Below are positions 15,001-27,365 of a stretch of DNA of 64,000 nt, one piece after another; the stretch's first letter is position 1; each line of letters opens with the position of its first letter. The notes beneath the pieces are model-generated. The model did not search any database. It saw nothing but the letters and a program-made list of their open reading frames with translations, and was not told where the DNA came from. The position numbers and the translations under genes are program-made. The stretch covers positions 1,054,001 to 1,118,000 of the forward strand of contig OZ024764.1 of NCBI GenBank assembly GCA_964016885.1. Direction: 5' to 3'. This DNA comes from Eledone cirrhosa (Eukaryota).

Positions 15001-18000
15001 ACTTTACAGTGTGGATTGTGTGTTTTTACTGTCTCTCCTACACGACCACTTTACAGCGTGGACTGTGTGTTTTTACTGTCTCTCCTACACGACCACTTTA
15101 CAGTGTGGAGTGGGTGTTTTTTTACTGTCTCTCCTGCACGACCACTTTACAGTGTGGACTGTGTGTTTTTACTGTCTCTCCTACACGACCACTTTACAGC
15201 GTGGACTGTGTGTTTTTACTGTCTCTCCTACACGACCACTTTACAGTGTGGAGTGGGTGTTTTTACTGTCTCTCCTACACGACCACTTTACAGTGTGGAG
15301 TGGGTGTTTTTTTACTGTCTCTCCTGCACGACCACTTTACAGCGTGGACTGTGTGTTTTTTTACTGTCTCTCCTACACGACCACTTTACAGCGTGGAGTG
15401 GGTGTTTTTTTACTGTCTCTCCTACACGACCACTTTACAGTGTGGAGTGGGTGTTTTTTTACTGTCTCCCCTGCACGACCACTTTACAGCGTGGACTGTG
15501 TGTTTTTTTACTGTCTCTCCTACACGACCACTTTACAGCGTGGAGTGGGTGTTTTTTTACTGTCTCTCCTACACGACCACTTTACAGCGTGGACTGTGTG
15601 TTTTTTTACTGTCTCTCCTACACGACCACTTTACAGCGTGGACTGTGTGTTTTTACTGTCTCTCCTACACGACCACTTTACAGCGTGGACTGTGTGTTTT
15701 TTTACTGTCTCTCCTACACGACCACTTTACAGCATGGACTCTGTGTTTTTACTGTCTCTCCTACACGACCACTTTACAGTGTGGAGTGGGTGTTTTTACT
15801 GTCTCTCCTACACGACCACTTTACAGCGTGGACTGTGTGTTTTTTTACTGTCTCTCCTACACGACCACTTTACAGCGTGGACTGTGTGTTTTTTTACTGT
15901 CTCTCCTACACGACCACTTTACAGTGTGGAGTGGGTGTTTTTACTGTCTCTCCTACACGACCACTTTACAGCGTGGACTGTGTGTTTTTTTACTGTCTCT
16001 CCTACACGACCACTTTACAGCGTGGAGTGGGTGTTTTTTTACTGTCTCTCCTACACGACCACTTTACAGTGTGGAGTGGGTGTTTTTACTGTCTCTCCTA
16101 CACGACCACTTTACAGCGTGGACTGTGTGTTTTTTTACTGTCTCTCCTACACGACCACTTTACAGCGTGGAGTGGGTGTTTTTTTACTGTCTCTCCTACA
16201 CGACCACTTTACAGTGTGGACTGTGTGTTTTTTTACTGTCTCTCCTACACGACCACTTTACAGCGTGGACTGTGTGTTTTTTTACTGTCTCTCCTACACG
16301 ACCACTTTACAGTGTGGAGTGGGTGTTTTTACTGTCTCTCCTGCACGACCACTTTACAGCGTGGACTGTGTGTTTTTTTACTGTCTCTCCTACACGACCA
16401 CTTTACAGCGTGGAGTGGGTGTTTTTTTACTGTCTCTCCTACACGACCACTTTACAGCGTGGACTGTGTGTTTTTACTGTCTCTCCTACACGACCACTTT
16501 ACAGTGTGGACTGTGTGTTTTTACTGTCTCTCCTACACGACCACTTTACAGCGTGGAGTGGGTGTTTTTTTACTGTCTCTCCTACACGACCACTTTACAG
16601 CGTGGACTGTGTGTTTTTTTACTGTCTCTCCTACACGACCACTTTACAGCGTGGACTGTGTGTTTTTACTGTCTCTCCTACACGACCACTTTACAGCGTG
16701 GACTGTGTGTTTTTTTACTGTCTCTCCTACACGACCACTTTACAGCATGGACTCTGTGTTTTTACTGTCTCTCCTACACGACCACTTTACAGTGTGGAGT
16801 GGGTGTTTTTACTGTCTCTCCTACACGACCACTTTACAGCATGGACTCTGTGTTTTTACTGTCTCTCCTACACGACCACTTTACAGCGTGGACTGTGTGT
16901 TTTTTTACTGTCTCTCCTACACGACCACTTTACAGTGTGGATTGTGTGTTTTTACTGTCTCTCCTACACGACCACTTTACAGCGTGGACTGTGTGTTTTT
17001 ACTGTCTCTCCTACACGACCACTTTACAGCATGGACTCTGTGTTTTTACTGTCTCTCCTACACGACCACTTTACAGTGTGGACTGTGTGTTTTTTTACTG
17101 TCTCTCCTGCACGACCACTTTACAGCGTGGACTGTGTGTTTTTTTACTGTCTCTCCTACACGACCACTTTACAGCGTGGAGTGGGTGTTTTTTTACTGTC
17201 TCTCCTACACGACCACTTTACAGTGTGGATTGTGTGTTTTTACTGTCTCTCCTACACGACCACTTTACAGCGTGGACTGTGTGTTTTTACTGTCTCTCCT
17301 ACACGACCACTTTACAGCGTGGACTGTGTGTTTTTTTACTGTCTCTCCTACACGACCACTTTACAGCATGGACTCTGTGTTTTTACTGTCTCTCCTACAC
17401 GACCACTTTACAGTGTGGAGTGGGTGTTTTTACTGTCTCTCCTACACGACCACTTTACAGCGTGGACTGTGTGTTTTTTTACTGTCTCTCCTACACGACC
17501 ACTTTACAGTGTGGATTGTGTGTTTTTACTGTCTCTCCTACACGACCACTTTACAGCGTGGACTGTGTGTTTTTACTGTCTCTCCTACACGACCACTTTA
17601 CAGCGTGGACTGTGTGTTTTTACTGTCTCTCCTACACGACCACTTTACAGCGTGGACTGTGTGTTTTTACTGTCTCTCCTGCACGACCACTTTACAGCGT
17701 GGACTGTGTGTTTTTTTACTGTCTCTCCTACACGACCACTTTACAGCGTGGAGTGGGTGTTTTTTTACTGTCTCTCCTACACGACCACTTTACAGTGTGG
17801 AGTGGGTGTTTTTTTACTGTCTCCCCTGCACGACCACTTTACAGCGTGGACTGTGTGTTTTTTTACTGTCTCTCCTACACGACCACTTTACAGCGTGGAG
17901 TGGGTGTTTTTTTACTGTCTCTCCTACACGACCACTTTACAGTGTGGAGTGGGTGTTTTTTTACTGTCTCCCCTGCACGACCACTTTACAGCGTGGACTG

Positions 18001-21000
18001 TGTGTTTTTTTACTGTCTCTCCTACACGACCACTTTACAGCGTGGAGTGGGTGTTTTTTTACTGTCTCTCCTACACGACCACTTTACAGTGTGGACTGTG
18101 TGTTTTTTTACTGTCTCTCCTACACGACCACTTTACAGCGTGGACTGTGTGTTTTTACTGTCTCTCCTACACGACCACTTTACAGTGTGGAGTGTGTGTT
18201 TTTACTGTCTCTCCTACACGACCACTTTACAGCGTGGACTGTGTGTTTTTTTACTGTCTCTCCTACACGACCACTTTACAGTGTGGACTGTGTGTTTTTA
18301 CTGTCTCTCCTACACGACCACTTTACAGCGTGGACTGTGTGTTTTTTTACTGTCTCTCCTACACGACCACTTTACAGCGTGGACTGTGTGTTTTTACTGT
18401 CTCTCCTACACGACCACTTTACAGTGTGGAGTGTGTGTTTTTACTGTCTCTCCTACACGACCACTTTACAGCGTGGAGTGGGTGTTTTTTTACTGTCTCT
18501 CCTACACGACCACTTTACAGTGTGGAGTGGGTGTTTTTTTACTGTCTCTCCTACACGACCACTTTACAGCGTGGACTGTGTGTTTTTACTGTCTCTCCTA
18601 CACGACCACTTTACAGTGTGGACTGTGTGTTTTTACTGTCTCTCCTACACGACCACTTTACAGCGTGGACTGTGTGTTTTTTTACTGTCTCTCCTACACG
18701 ACCACTTTACAGCGTGGACTGTGTGTTTTTACTGTCTCTCCTACACGACCACTTTACAGTGTGGACTGTGTGTTTTTACTGTCTCTCCTACACGACCACT
18801 TTACAGCGTGGACTGTGTGTTTTTTTACTGTCTCTCCTACACGACCACTTTACAGTGTGGAGTGGGTGTTTTTACTGTCTCTCCTACACGACCACTTTAC
18901 AGCGTGGACTGTGTTTTTTTACTGTCTCTCCTACACGACCACTTTACAGCGTGGAGTGGGTGTTTTTACTGTCTCTCCTGCACGACCACTTTACAGTGTG
19001 GAGTGGGTGTTTTTTTACTGTCTCTCCTACACGACCACTTTACAGCGTGGACTGTGTGTTTTTACTGTCTCTCCTACACGACCACTTTACAGTGTGGACT
19101 GTGTGTTTTTACTGTCTCTCCTACACGACCACTTTACAGCGTGGACTGTGTGTTTTTTTACTGTCTCTCCTACACGACCACTTTACAGCGTGGAGTGGGT
19201 GTTTTTTTACTGTCTCTCCTACACGACCACTTTACAGCGTGGACTGTGTGTTTTTACTGTCTCTCCTACACGACCACTTTACAGTGTGGACTGTGTGTTT
19301 TTACTGTCTCTCCTACACGACCACTTTACAGCGTGGACTGTGTGTTTTTTTACTGTCTCTCCTACACGACCACTTTACAGTGTGGACTGTGTGTTTTTAC
19401 TGTCTCTCCTACACGACCACTTTACAGCGTGGACTGTGTGTTTTTTTACTGTCTCTCCTACACGACCACTTTACAGCGTGGACAGTGTTTTTTTACTGTC
19501 TCTCCTACACGACCACTTTACAGCGTGGACTGTGTGTTTTTTTACTGTCTCTCCTACACGACCACTTTACAGCGTGGAGTGGGTGTTTTTTTACTGTCTC
19601 TCCTACACGACCACTTTACAGCGTGGACTGTGTGTTTTTACTGTCTCTCCTACACGACCACTTTACAGTGTGGAGTGGGTGTTTTTACTGTCTCTCCTAC
19701 ACGACCACTTTACAGCGTGGACTGTGTGTTTTTACTGTCTCTCCTACACGACCACTTTACAGCATGGACTCTGTGTTTTTACTGTCTCTCCTACACGACC
19801 ACTTTACAGTGTGGAGTGGGTGTTTTTACTGTCTCTCCTACACGACCACTTTACAGCGTGGACTGTGTGTTTTTTTACTGTCTCTCCTACACGACCACTT
19901 TACAGTGTGGATTGTGTGTTTTTACTGTCTCTCCTACACGACCACTTTACAGCGTGGAGTGGGTGTTTTTACTGTCTCTCCTACACGACCACTTTACAGC
20001 GTGGAGTGGGTGTTTTTTTACTGTCTCTCCTACACGACCACTTTACAGCGTGGACTGTGTGTTTTTACTGTCTCTCCTACATGACCACTTTACAGTGTGG
20101 ACTGTGTGTTTTTACTGTCTCTCCTGCACGACCACTTTACAGCATGGACTGTGTGTTTTTACTGTCTCTCCTACACGACCACTTTACAGCGTGGACTGTG
20201 TGTTTTTTTACTGTCTCTCCTACACGACCACTTTACAGCGTGGAGTGGGTGTTTTTTTACTGTCTCTCCTACACGACCACTTTACAGTGTGGACTGTGTG
20301 TTTTTTTACTGTCTCTCCTACACGACCACTTTACAGCGTGGACTGTGTGTTTTTACTGTCTCTCCTACACGACCACTTTACAGTGTGGAGTGTGTGTTTT
20401 TACTGTCTCTCCTACACGACCACTTTACAGCGTGGACTGTGTGTTTTTTTACTGTCTCTCCTACACGACCACTTTACAGTGTGGACTGTGTGTTTTTACT
20501 GTCTCTCCTACACGACCACTTTACAGCGTGGACTGTGTGTTTTTTTACTGTCTCTCCTACACGACCACTTTACAGCGTGGACTGTGTGTTTTTACTGTCT
20601 CTCCTACACGACCACTTTACAGTGTGGAGTGTGTGTTTTTACTGTCTCTCCTACACGACCACTTTACAGCGTGGAGTGGGTGTTTTTTTACTGTCTCTCC
20701 TACACGACCACTTTACAGTGTGGAGTGGGTGTTTTTTTACTGTCTCTCCTACACGACCACTTTACAGCGTGGACTGTGTGTTTTTACTGTCTCTCCTACA
20801 CGACCACTTTACAGTGTGGACTGTGTGTTTTTACTGTCTCTCCTACACGACCACTTTACAGCGTGGACTGTGTGTTTTTTTACTGTCTCTCCTACACGAC
20901 CACTTTACAGCGTGGACTGTGTGTTTTTACTGTCTCTCCTACACGACCACTTTACAGTGTGGACTGTGTGTTTTTACTGTCTCTCCTACACGACCACTTT

Positions 21001-23560
21001 ACAGCGTGGACTGTGTGTTTTTTTACTGTCTCTCCTACACGACCACTTTACAGTGTGGAGTGGGTGTTTTTACTGTCTCTCCTACACGACCACTTTACAG
21101 CGTGGACTGTGTTTTTTTACTGTCTCTCCTACACGACCACTTTACAGCGTGGAGTGGGTGTTTTTACTGTCTCTCCTGCACGACCACTTTACAGTGTGGA
21201 GTGGGTGTTTTTTTACTGTCTCTCCTACACGACCACTTTACAGCGTGGACTGTGTGTTTTTACTGTCTCTCCTACACGACCACTTTACAGTGTGGACTGT
21301 GTGTTTTTACTGTCTCTCCTACACGACCACTTTACAGCGTGGACTGTGTGTTTTTTTACTGTCTCTCCTACACGACCACTTTACAGCGTGGAGTGGGTGT
21401 TTTTTTACTGTCTCTCCTACACGACCACTTTACAGCGTGGACTGTGTGTTTTTACTGTCTCTCCTACACGACCACTTTACAGTGTGGACTGTGTGTTTTT
21501 ACTGTCTCTCCTACACGACCACTTTACAGCGTGGACTGTGTGTTTTTTTACTGTCTCTCCTACACGACCACTTTACAGTGTGGACTGTGTGTTTTTACTG
21601 TCTCTCCTACACGACCACTTTACAGCGTGGACTGTGTGTTTTTTTACTGTCTCTCCTACACGACCACTTTACAGCGTGGACTGTGTTTTTTTACTGTCTC
21701 TCCTACACGACCACTTTACAGCGTGGACTGTGTGTTTTTTTACTGTCTCTCCTACACGACCACTTTACAGCGTGGAGTGGGTGTTTTTTTACTGTCTCTC
21801 CTACACGACCACTTTACAGCGTGGACTGTGTGTTTTTACTGTCTCTCCTACACGACCACTTTACAGTGTGGAGTGGGTGTTTTTACTGTCTCTCCTACAC
21901 GACCACTTTACAGCGTGGACTGTGTGTTTTTACTGTCTCTCCTACACGACCACTTTACAGCATGGACTCTGTGTTTTTACTGTCTCTCCTACACGACCAC
22001 TTTACAGTGTGGAGTGGGTGTTTTTACTGTCTCTCCTACACGACCACTTTACAGCGTGGACTGTGTGTTTTTTTACTGTCTCTCCTACACGACCACTTTA
22101 CAGTGTGGATTGTGTGTTTTTACTGTCTCTCCTACACGACCACTTTACAGCGTGGAGTGGGTGTTTTTACTGTCTCTCCTACACGACCACTTTACAGCGT
22201 GGAGTGGGTGTTTTTTTACTGTCTCTCCTACACGACCACTTTACAGCGTGGACTGTGTGTTTTTACTGTCTCTCCTACATGACCACTTTACAGTGTGGAC
22301 TGTGTGTTTTTACTGTCTCTCCTGCACGACCACTTTACAGCATGGACTGTGTGTTTTTACTGTCTCTCCTACACGACCACTTTACAGTGTGGAGTGGGTG
22401 TTTTTTTACTGTCTCTCCTGCACGACCACTTTACAGTGTGGACTGTGTGTTTTTACTGTCTCTCCTACACGACCACTTTACAGTGTGGACTGTGTGTTTT
22501 TACTGTCTCTCCTACACGACCACTTTACAGTGTGGAGTGGGTGTTTTTTTACTGTCTCTCCTACACGACCACTTTACAGTGTGGAGTGGGTGTTTTTTTA
22601 CTGTCTCTCCTGCACGACCACTTTACAGTGTGGACTGTGTGTTTTTACTGTCTCTCCTACACGACCACTTTACAGTGTGGACTGTGTGTTTTTACTGTCT
22701 CTCCTACACGACCACTTTACAGTGTGGAGTGGGTGTTTTTTTACTGTCTCTCCTGCACGACCACTTTACAGTGTGGAGTGGGTGTGTTTTTACTGTCTCT
22801 CCTACACGACCACTTTACAGCGTGGACTGTGTGTTTTTACTGTCTCTCCTACACGACCACTTTACAGCGTGGACTGTGTGTTTTTACTGTCTCTCCTACA
22901 CGACCACTTTACAGCGTGGAGTGGGTGTTTTTACTGTCTCTCCTGCACGACCACTTTACAGTGTGGAGTGGGTGTGTTTTTACTGTCTCTCCTGCACGAC
23001 CACTTTACAGTGTGGAGTGGGTGTTTTTTTACTGTCTCTCCTGCACGACCACTTTACAGTGTGGAGTGGGTGTGTTTTTACTGTCTCTCCTACACGACCA
23101 CTTTACAGCGTGGAGTGGGTGTTTTTACTGTCTCTCCTACACGACCACTTTACAGTGTGGAGTGGGTGTTTTTTTACTGTCTCTCCTGCACGACCACTTT
23201 ACAGTGTGGAGTGGGTGTGTTTTTACTGTCTCTCCTACACGACCACTTTACAGTGTGGAGTGGGTGTTTTTACTGTCTCTCCTACACGACCACTTTACAG
23301 CGTGGACTGTGTGTTTTTTTACTGTCTCTCCTACACGACCACTTTACAGTGTGGACTGTGTGTTTTTTTACTGTCTCTCCTACACGACCACATTACAGCG
23401 TGGACTGTGTTTTTTTACTGTCTCTCCTACGCGACCACATTACAGTGTGGACTGTGTTTTTTTACTGTCTCTCCTACGCGACCACATTACAGCGTGGACT
23501 GTGTTTTTTTACTGTCTCTCCTACGCGGCCACTTTACAGCGTGGACTGTGTGTTTTTTTC
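1..23560 (+). repeat. Minisatellite A: 49/47-bp tandem array, roughly 490 units, continues past the window start
   Basis: Unit ACTGTCTCTCCTACACGACCACTTTACAG(C/T)GTGGA(CTGT/GTGG)GTG-T7 or T5. Period is 49 (TCTCCTACAC at 1 and 50) or 47 with the short T-run. It shares the core ACCACTTTACAGtGTGGACTG with the other 47-48 bp arrays. Confidence 0.98.
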
Positions 23561-23600
23561 TCGTGACACCTACACAATTTCGATCTCATTATCTCATTTA

Positions 23601-23788
23601 GAGGACGGGTGAATTGGCAGTATCAGTAGAGGGTAGGACGCCATGCTTTCCAGCATAGTTATGTCCCTTTACGGTCTGAGTTCAAATCCCATCGAGGTTG
23701 ACTTTGCCTTTCATCCTTACGGGGTCGATAAAATAAAGTACCAGTAATGCACTGGGTATTTGCTGGCCTTGTGCCTAAAGTAGAAACA
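23601..23788 (+). mobile_element. tRNA-derived SINE with Meta-domain-like core and 13-bp TSD
   Basis: A-box-like TGGCAGTATCAGTAG, B-box GAGTTCAAATCC, core TTTGCCTTTCATCCTTACGGGGTCGATAAAATAAAGTACC. Flanked by ATTATCTCATTTA at 23588-23600 and 23789-23801. Three more copies lie in the window. Confidence 0.85.
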
Positions 23789-23837
23789 ATTATCTCATTT
23801 ATTTGGACTGGATGTTGTGGTACCGACTTTACAGAGA

Positions 23838-23994
23838 GAGGGTGGTGTTGGTGGGAGTGGGAGGATAGGGTAGGGGTAGTGGATTGGGGGTGTATATTTG
23901 GTTAAGAGGTGCCTACTGACTTACTGACTATAGGTTTCGCTTTGTACATAGGCAAGGCGGGTCTTCTGTATTACTGCATAGTGCCAAAGATCTC
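23838..23994 (-). mobile_element. RTE-type LINE 3' remnant (ORF end plus C-rich UTR), probable host element of minisatellite A
   Basis: Minus strand reads RDLWHYAVIQKT, matching DLWRYAVIQKT at about 62700-62735. In both places it is followed by a C-rich tract and then the 47-49 bp array. Confidence 0.55.
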
Positions 23995-24005
23995 GTATAC
24001 ATATA

Positions 24006-24041
<36 letters not shown>

Positions 24042-24132
24042 TATATATATATATATACTATATGTATACGTATGCAGTAGATGTTCTGGGAAATTTGACA
24101 GTAGAAGTCACAGTGATAGACACATTTTTCAA

Positions 24133-24743
24133 ATGCAGGTGGGTTCTTTACAGGTGGTTGAGAGCTTCCGGTACCTAGGTGATCAGATTAGTAAGGGTGG
24201 AGGGTGCTCCGAGGCCATAGTTTCTAGAATAAGGATGGGTTGGAAGAAGTTTAGGGAGCTGTATCCTCTGTTGACAAAGAAGGGTTTCTTCCTGCGTACG
24301 AAAGGCCGGTTATATGATGCCTGTGTGAGGTGTGCGATGCTGCGTGGTAGTGAGACATGGGCAGCAACTGGGGAGGATATGTGACGGCTGGAGAGAAATG
24401 AAGCAAGTATGGTCCCTTCGATGTGCAATGTCAATGTACGTGAATGACCAACTATAGATGAGTTGAGAGAGAAACTGTGTCTGAGAGGGATAGAATGTAG
24501 TGTGTGGGAGAGTAGACAGATGGTATGGACATGTGATGTGCATGGAGGGTGACTGCTGGGTAAAAACTGCCAAGAAATCCGAGTGGAAGGAAGACACAGT
24601 AGAGGTAGACCATGAAAAACATGGGCGGAGGTGGTGAGGGCAGAACTCAAAGGACCGTGACAAATGGAGAGATGCTGAATAGGACCCATCCTACTGTTGC
24701 ATGCAGGGAAAAACGGATGTAAAATGATGATGATGATGATGAT
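24133..24743 (+). pseudogene. 5'-truncated, degenerate RTE-clade LINE (RT C-terminus plus (GAT)n tail)
   Basis: VESFRYLG..SRIRMGWKKFREL..KGRLYDACVRCAMLRGSETW resembles the RTE/BovB RT thumb region. In-frame stops follow. Ends GAAAAACGGATGTAAAA(TGA)n. Confidence 0.85.
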
Positions 24744-24828
24744 ACATACATATATATAGAAGTTTATCCCGAGTTCAATCGGGGGTAACCACAGGAAGTA
24801 AGGTAATCAATACATAGCAGAGTATAAA

Positions 24829-24962
24829 TATTTAATACAGAAATGGCTTCTACAGGACTAGAACTGTTTCATTTGGGACAAATCATCAGGAAACCCATCA
24901 GGGCTTCATGATGATTTCTCCCGAATGAAACAGTTCTAGTCCTGCAGAAGCCATTTCTATAT

Positions 24963-24968
<6 letters not shown>
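24829..24968. repeat. Inverted repeat with 68-bp arms and a 4-nt loop (probable inverted Penelope-like pLTR ends)
   Basis: 24829-24896 versus the reverse complement of 24901-24968: 6 mismatches in 68 by manual alignment, loop ATCA. Flanked by (TA)n. Confidence 0.9.
24845..24895 (-). ncRNA. Type I hammerhead ribozyme motif (Penelope-like)
   Basis: Minus strand: GGTTTC-CTGATGA-tttgtcccaaat-GAA-ACAG-ttctagtc-CTGT-A-GAAGCC. Helix I is GGUUUC/GAAGCC, helix III is ACAG/CUGU, the cleavage triplet is GUA, and helix II is atypical. Confidence 0.6.
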
Positions 24969-25017
<49 letters not shown>

Positions 25018-25019
<2 letters not shown>

Positions 25020-26753
25020 ACACTGTAAAGTGATCATGTAGGTGTCATAACAAACAACACCCAGTCCACACTGTAAAGTGGTCATATAGGTGTCACAACA
25101 AACAACACCCAGTCCACACTGTGAAGTGGTCATGTGGGTGTCACAACAAAAAGTACCCAGTCCACACTGTAAAGTGGTCATGTAGGTGTCACAACAAAAA
25201 GTACCCAGTCCACACTGTAAAGTGGTCATGTAGGTGTCACAACAAAAAGTACCTAGTCCACACTGTAAAGTGGTCATGTAGGTGACACAACAAACAACAC
25301 CCAGTCCACACTGTAAAGTGGTCATGTAGGTGTCACAACAAACAACACCCAGTCCACACTGTGAAGTGGTCATGTAGGTGTCACAACAAAAAGTACCCAG
25401 TCCACACTGTGAAGTGGTCATGTAGGTGTCACAACAAAAAGTACCCAGTACACACTGTAAAGTGGTCATGTAGGTGTCACAACAAACAACACCCAGTCCA
25501 CACTGTGAGGTGGTCATGTAGGTGTCACAACAAAAAGTACCCAGTCCACACTGTAAAGTGGTCATGTAGGTGTCACAACAAAAAGTACCCAGTACACACT
25601 GTAAAGTGGTCATGTAGGTGTCACAACAAACAACACCCAGTCCACACTGTAAAGTGGTCATGTAGGTGTCACAACAAAAAGTATCCAGTCCACACTGTAA
25701 AGTGGTCATGTAGGTGTCACAACAAAAAGTACCTAGTCCACACTGTAAAGTGGTCATGTAGGTGACACAACAAACAACACCCAGTCCACACTGTAAAGTG
25801 GTCATGTAGGTGTCACAACAAACAAAACCCAGTCCACACTATGAAGGGGTCATGTAGGTGTCACAACAAAAAGTACCCAGTCCACACTGTAAAGTGGTCA
25901 TGTAGGTGTCACAACAAAAAGTACCCAGTCCACACTGTAAAGTGGTCATGTAGGTGTCACAACAAAAAGTACCCAGTCCACACTGTAAAGTGGTCATGTA
26001 GGTGTCACAACAAAAAGTACCCAGTCCACACTGTAAAGTGGTCATGTAGGTGTCACAACAAAAAGTACCCAGTCCACACTGTAAAGTGGTCATGTAGGTG
26101 TCACAACAAAAAGTACCCAGTCCACACTGTAAAGTGGTCATGTAGGTGTCACAACAAAAAGTACCCAGTCCACACTGTAAAGTGGTCATGTAGGTGTCAT
26201 AACAAATAGCACCCAGTCCACACTGTAAAGTGGTCATGTAGGTGTCACAACAAAATGTACCCAGTCCACACTGTAAAGTGGTCATGTAGGTGTCACAACA
26301 AAAAGTACCCAGTCCACACTGTAAAGTGGTCATGTAGGGGACACAACAAAAAGTACCCAGTCCACACTGTAAAGTGGTCATGTAGGTGTCACAACAAAAA
26401 GTACCCAGTCCACACTGTAAAGTGGTCATGTAGGGGACACAACAAAAAGTACCCAGTCCACACTGTAAAGTGGTCATGTAGGTGTCACAACAAAAAGTAC
26501 CCAGTCCACACTGTAAAGTGGTCATGTAGGGGACACAACAAAAAGTACCCAGTCCACACTGTAAAGTGGTCATGTAGGTGTCACAACAAAAAGTACCCAG
26601 TCCACACTGTAAAGTGGTCATGTAGGTGTCACAACAAAAAGTACCCAGTCCACACTGTAAAGTGGTCATGTAGGTGTCACAACAAACAGTACCGAGTCCA
26701 CACTGTAAAGTGGTCATGTAGCTGACATGACAAAAAGCACCCAGTCCACACTG
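25018..26753 (-). repeat. Minisatellite B: 48-bp array, about 36 units
   Basis: Plus-strand unit CCCAGTCCACACTGTAAAGTGGTCATGTAGGTGTCACAACAAAAAGTA, period 48 (25861, 25909). It is the reverse complement of the array at 58655-62580 and is bounded by (TA)n on both sides. Confidence 0.97.
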
Positions 26754-27180
26754 CCCAGTTGAAGTATGCATCCATATATATATATATAATCAGGATGGAT
26801 TCAGTTTGAAACTGGTTAGACGATTGCTCAACAGAGAACTCAATACTTGGGATATGGTGTATACATATATGGTGACATTAATAACCCACAGAAAGGCTGT
26901 TTACTTCTTCCCGTCGTCCCAGAAGACAGAATAGTAAAGCACTTGATTAAAATTTTACTTAAATCATATGCAAGGGAAGTAAATCTTCAAACATACTAAA
27001 GAAAGCTATTCATGAATTACTTCCCCTAAATATTTGAAAAAATGTAAGAAATGGTTATAACACAAGCACACCAAGCATTTAGAGTGTCGCTCTACCAGTC
27101 ACAAGTACCTTAACAAATAAATGAATTGAACCTTTCCACAAAGTGCCAGCTTGTTCGCCATTATTACATTCAGGAGTTTA

Positions 27181-27354
27181 TAATTGTTTCTACTTTAGGC
27201 ACAAGGCCAGCAATTATTACTGGTACTTTATTTTACCGAGCCCGTAAGGATGGAAGGTAAAGTTAACGTCGGCGGGATTTAAACTCAGACCGTAAAGGGC
27301 CGTAACTCTATGCTGCAATGAATAGCGTCCGACGCTCTACCGATACTTCCAATC
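27181..27354 (-). mobile_element. tRNA-derived SINE, same family as 23601-23788
   Basis: The reverse complement has TGGAAGTATCGGTAGAG, GAGTTTAAATCCC, CCTTCCATCCTTACGGGCTCGGTAAAATAAAGTACC and the tail GGCCTTGTGCCTAAAGTAGAAACAATTA. Confidence 0.85.
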
Positions 27355-27365
27355 TATAAGAGTGA

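Noticed and set aside
25-23612. Giant ORFs of up to 7858 aa
   Set aside because: The unit has no stop codon in any plus frame, so all three frames are open and swap peptides with T-run length. The only stops are CGA->TGA variants. There is no sign of coding constraint.
23601-23700. tRNA gene suggested by A/B boxes
   Set aside because: No cloverleaf evident; it continues into a SINE body, has a TSD and is present in four copies.
23990-24000. ATCTCGTATAC matches the LINE 5' junction
   Set aside because: An 11-bp match formed where the RTE-type motif meets a TA tract. Probably coincidental.
26790-27180. Unique AT-rich stretch, possible exon or TE fragment (also 58070-58420)
   Set aside because: No ORF or motif I can recognise, so it cannot be assigned without a search.
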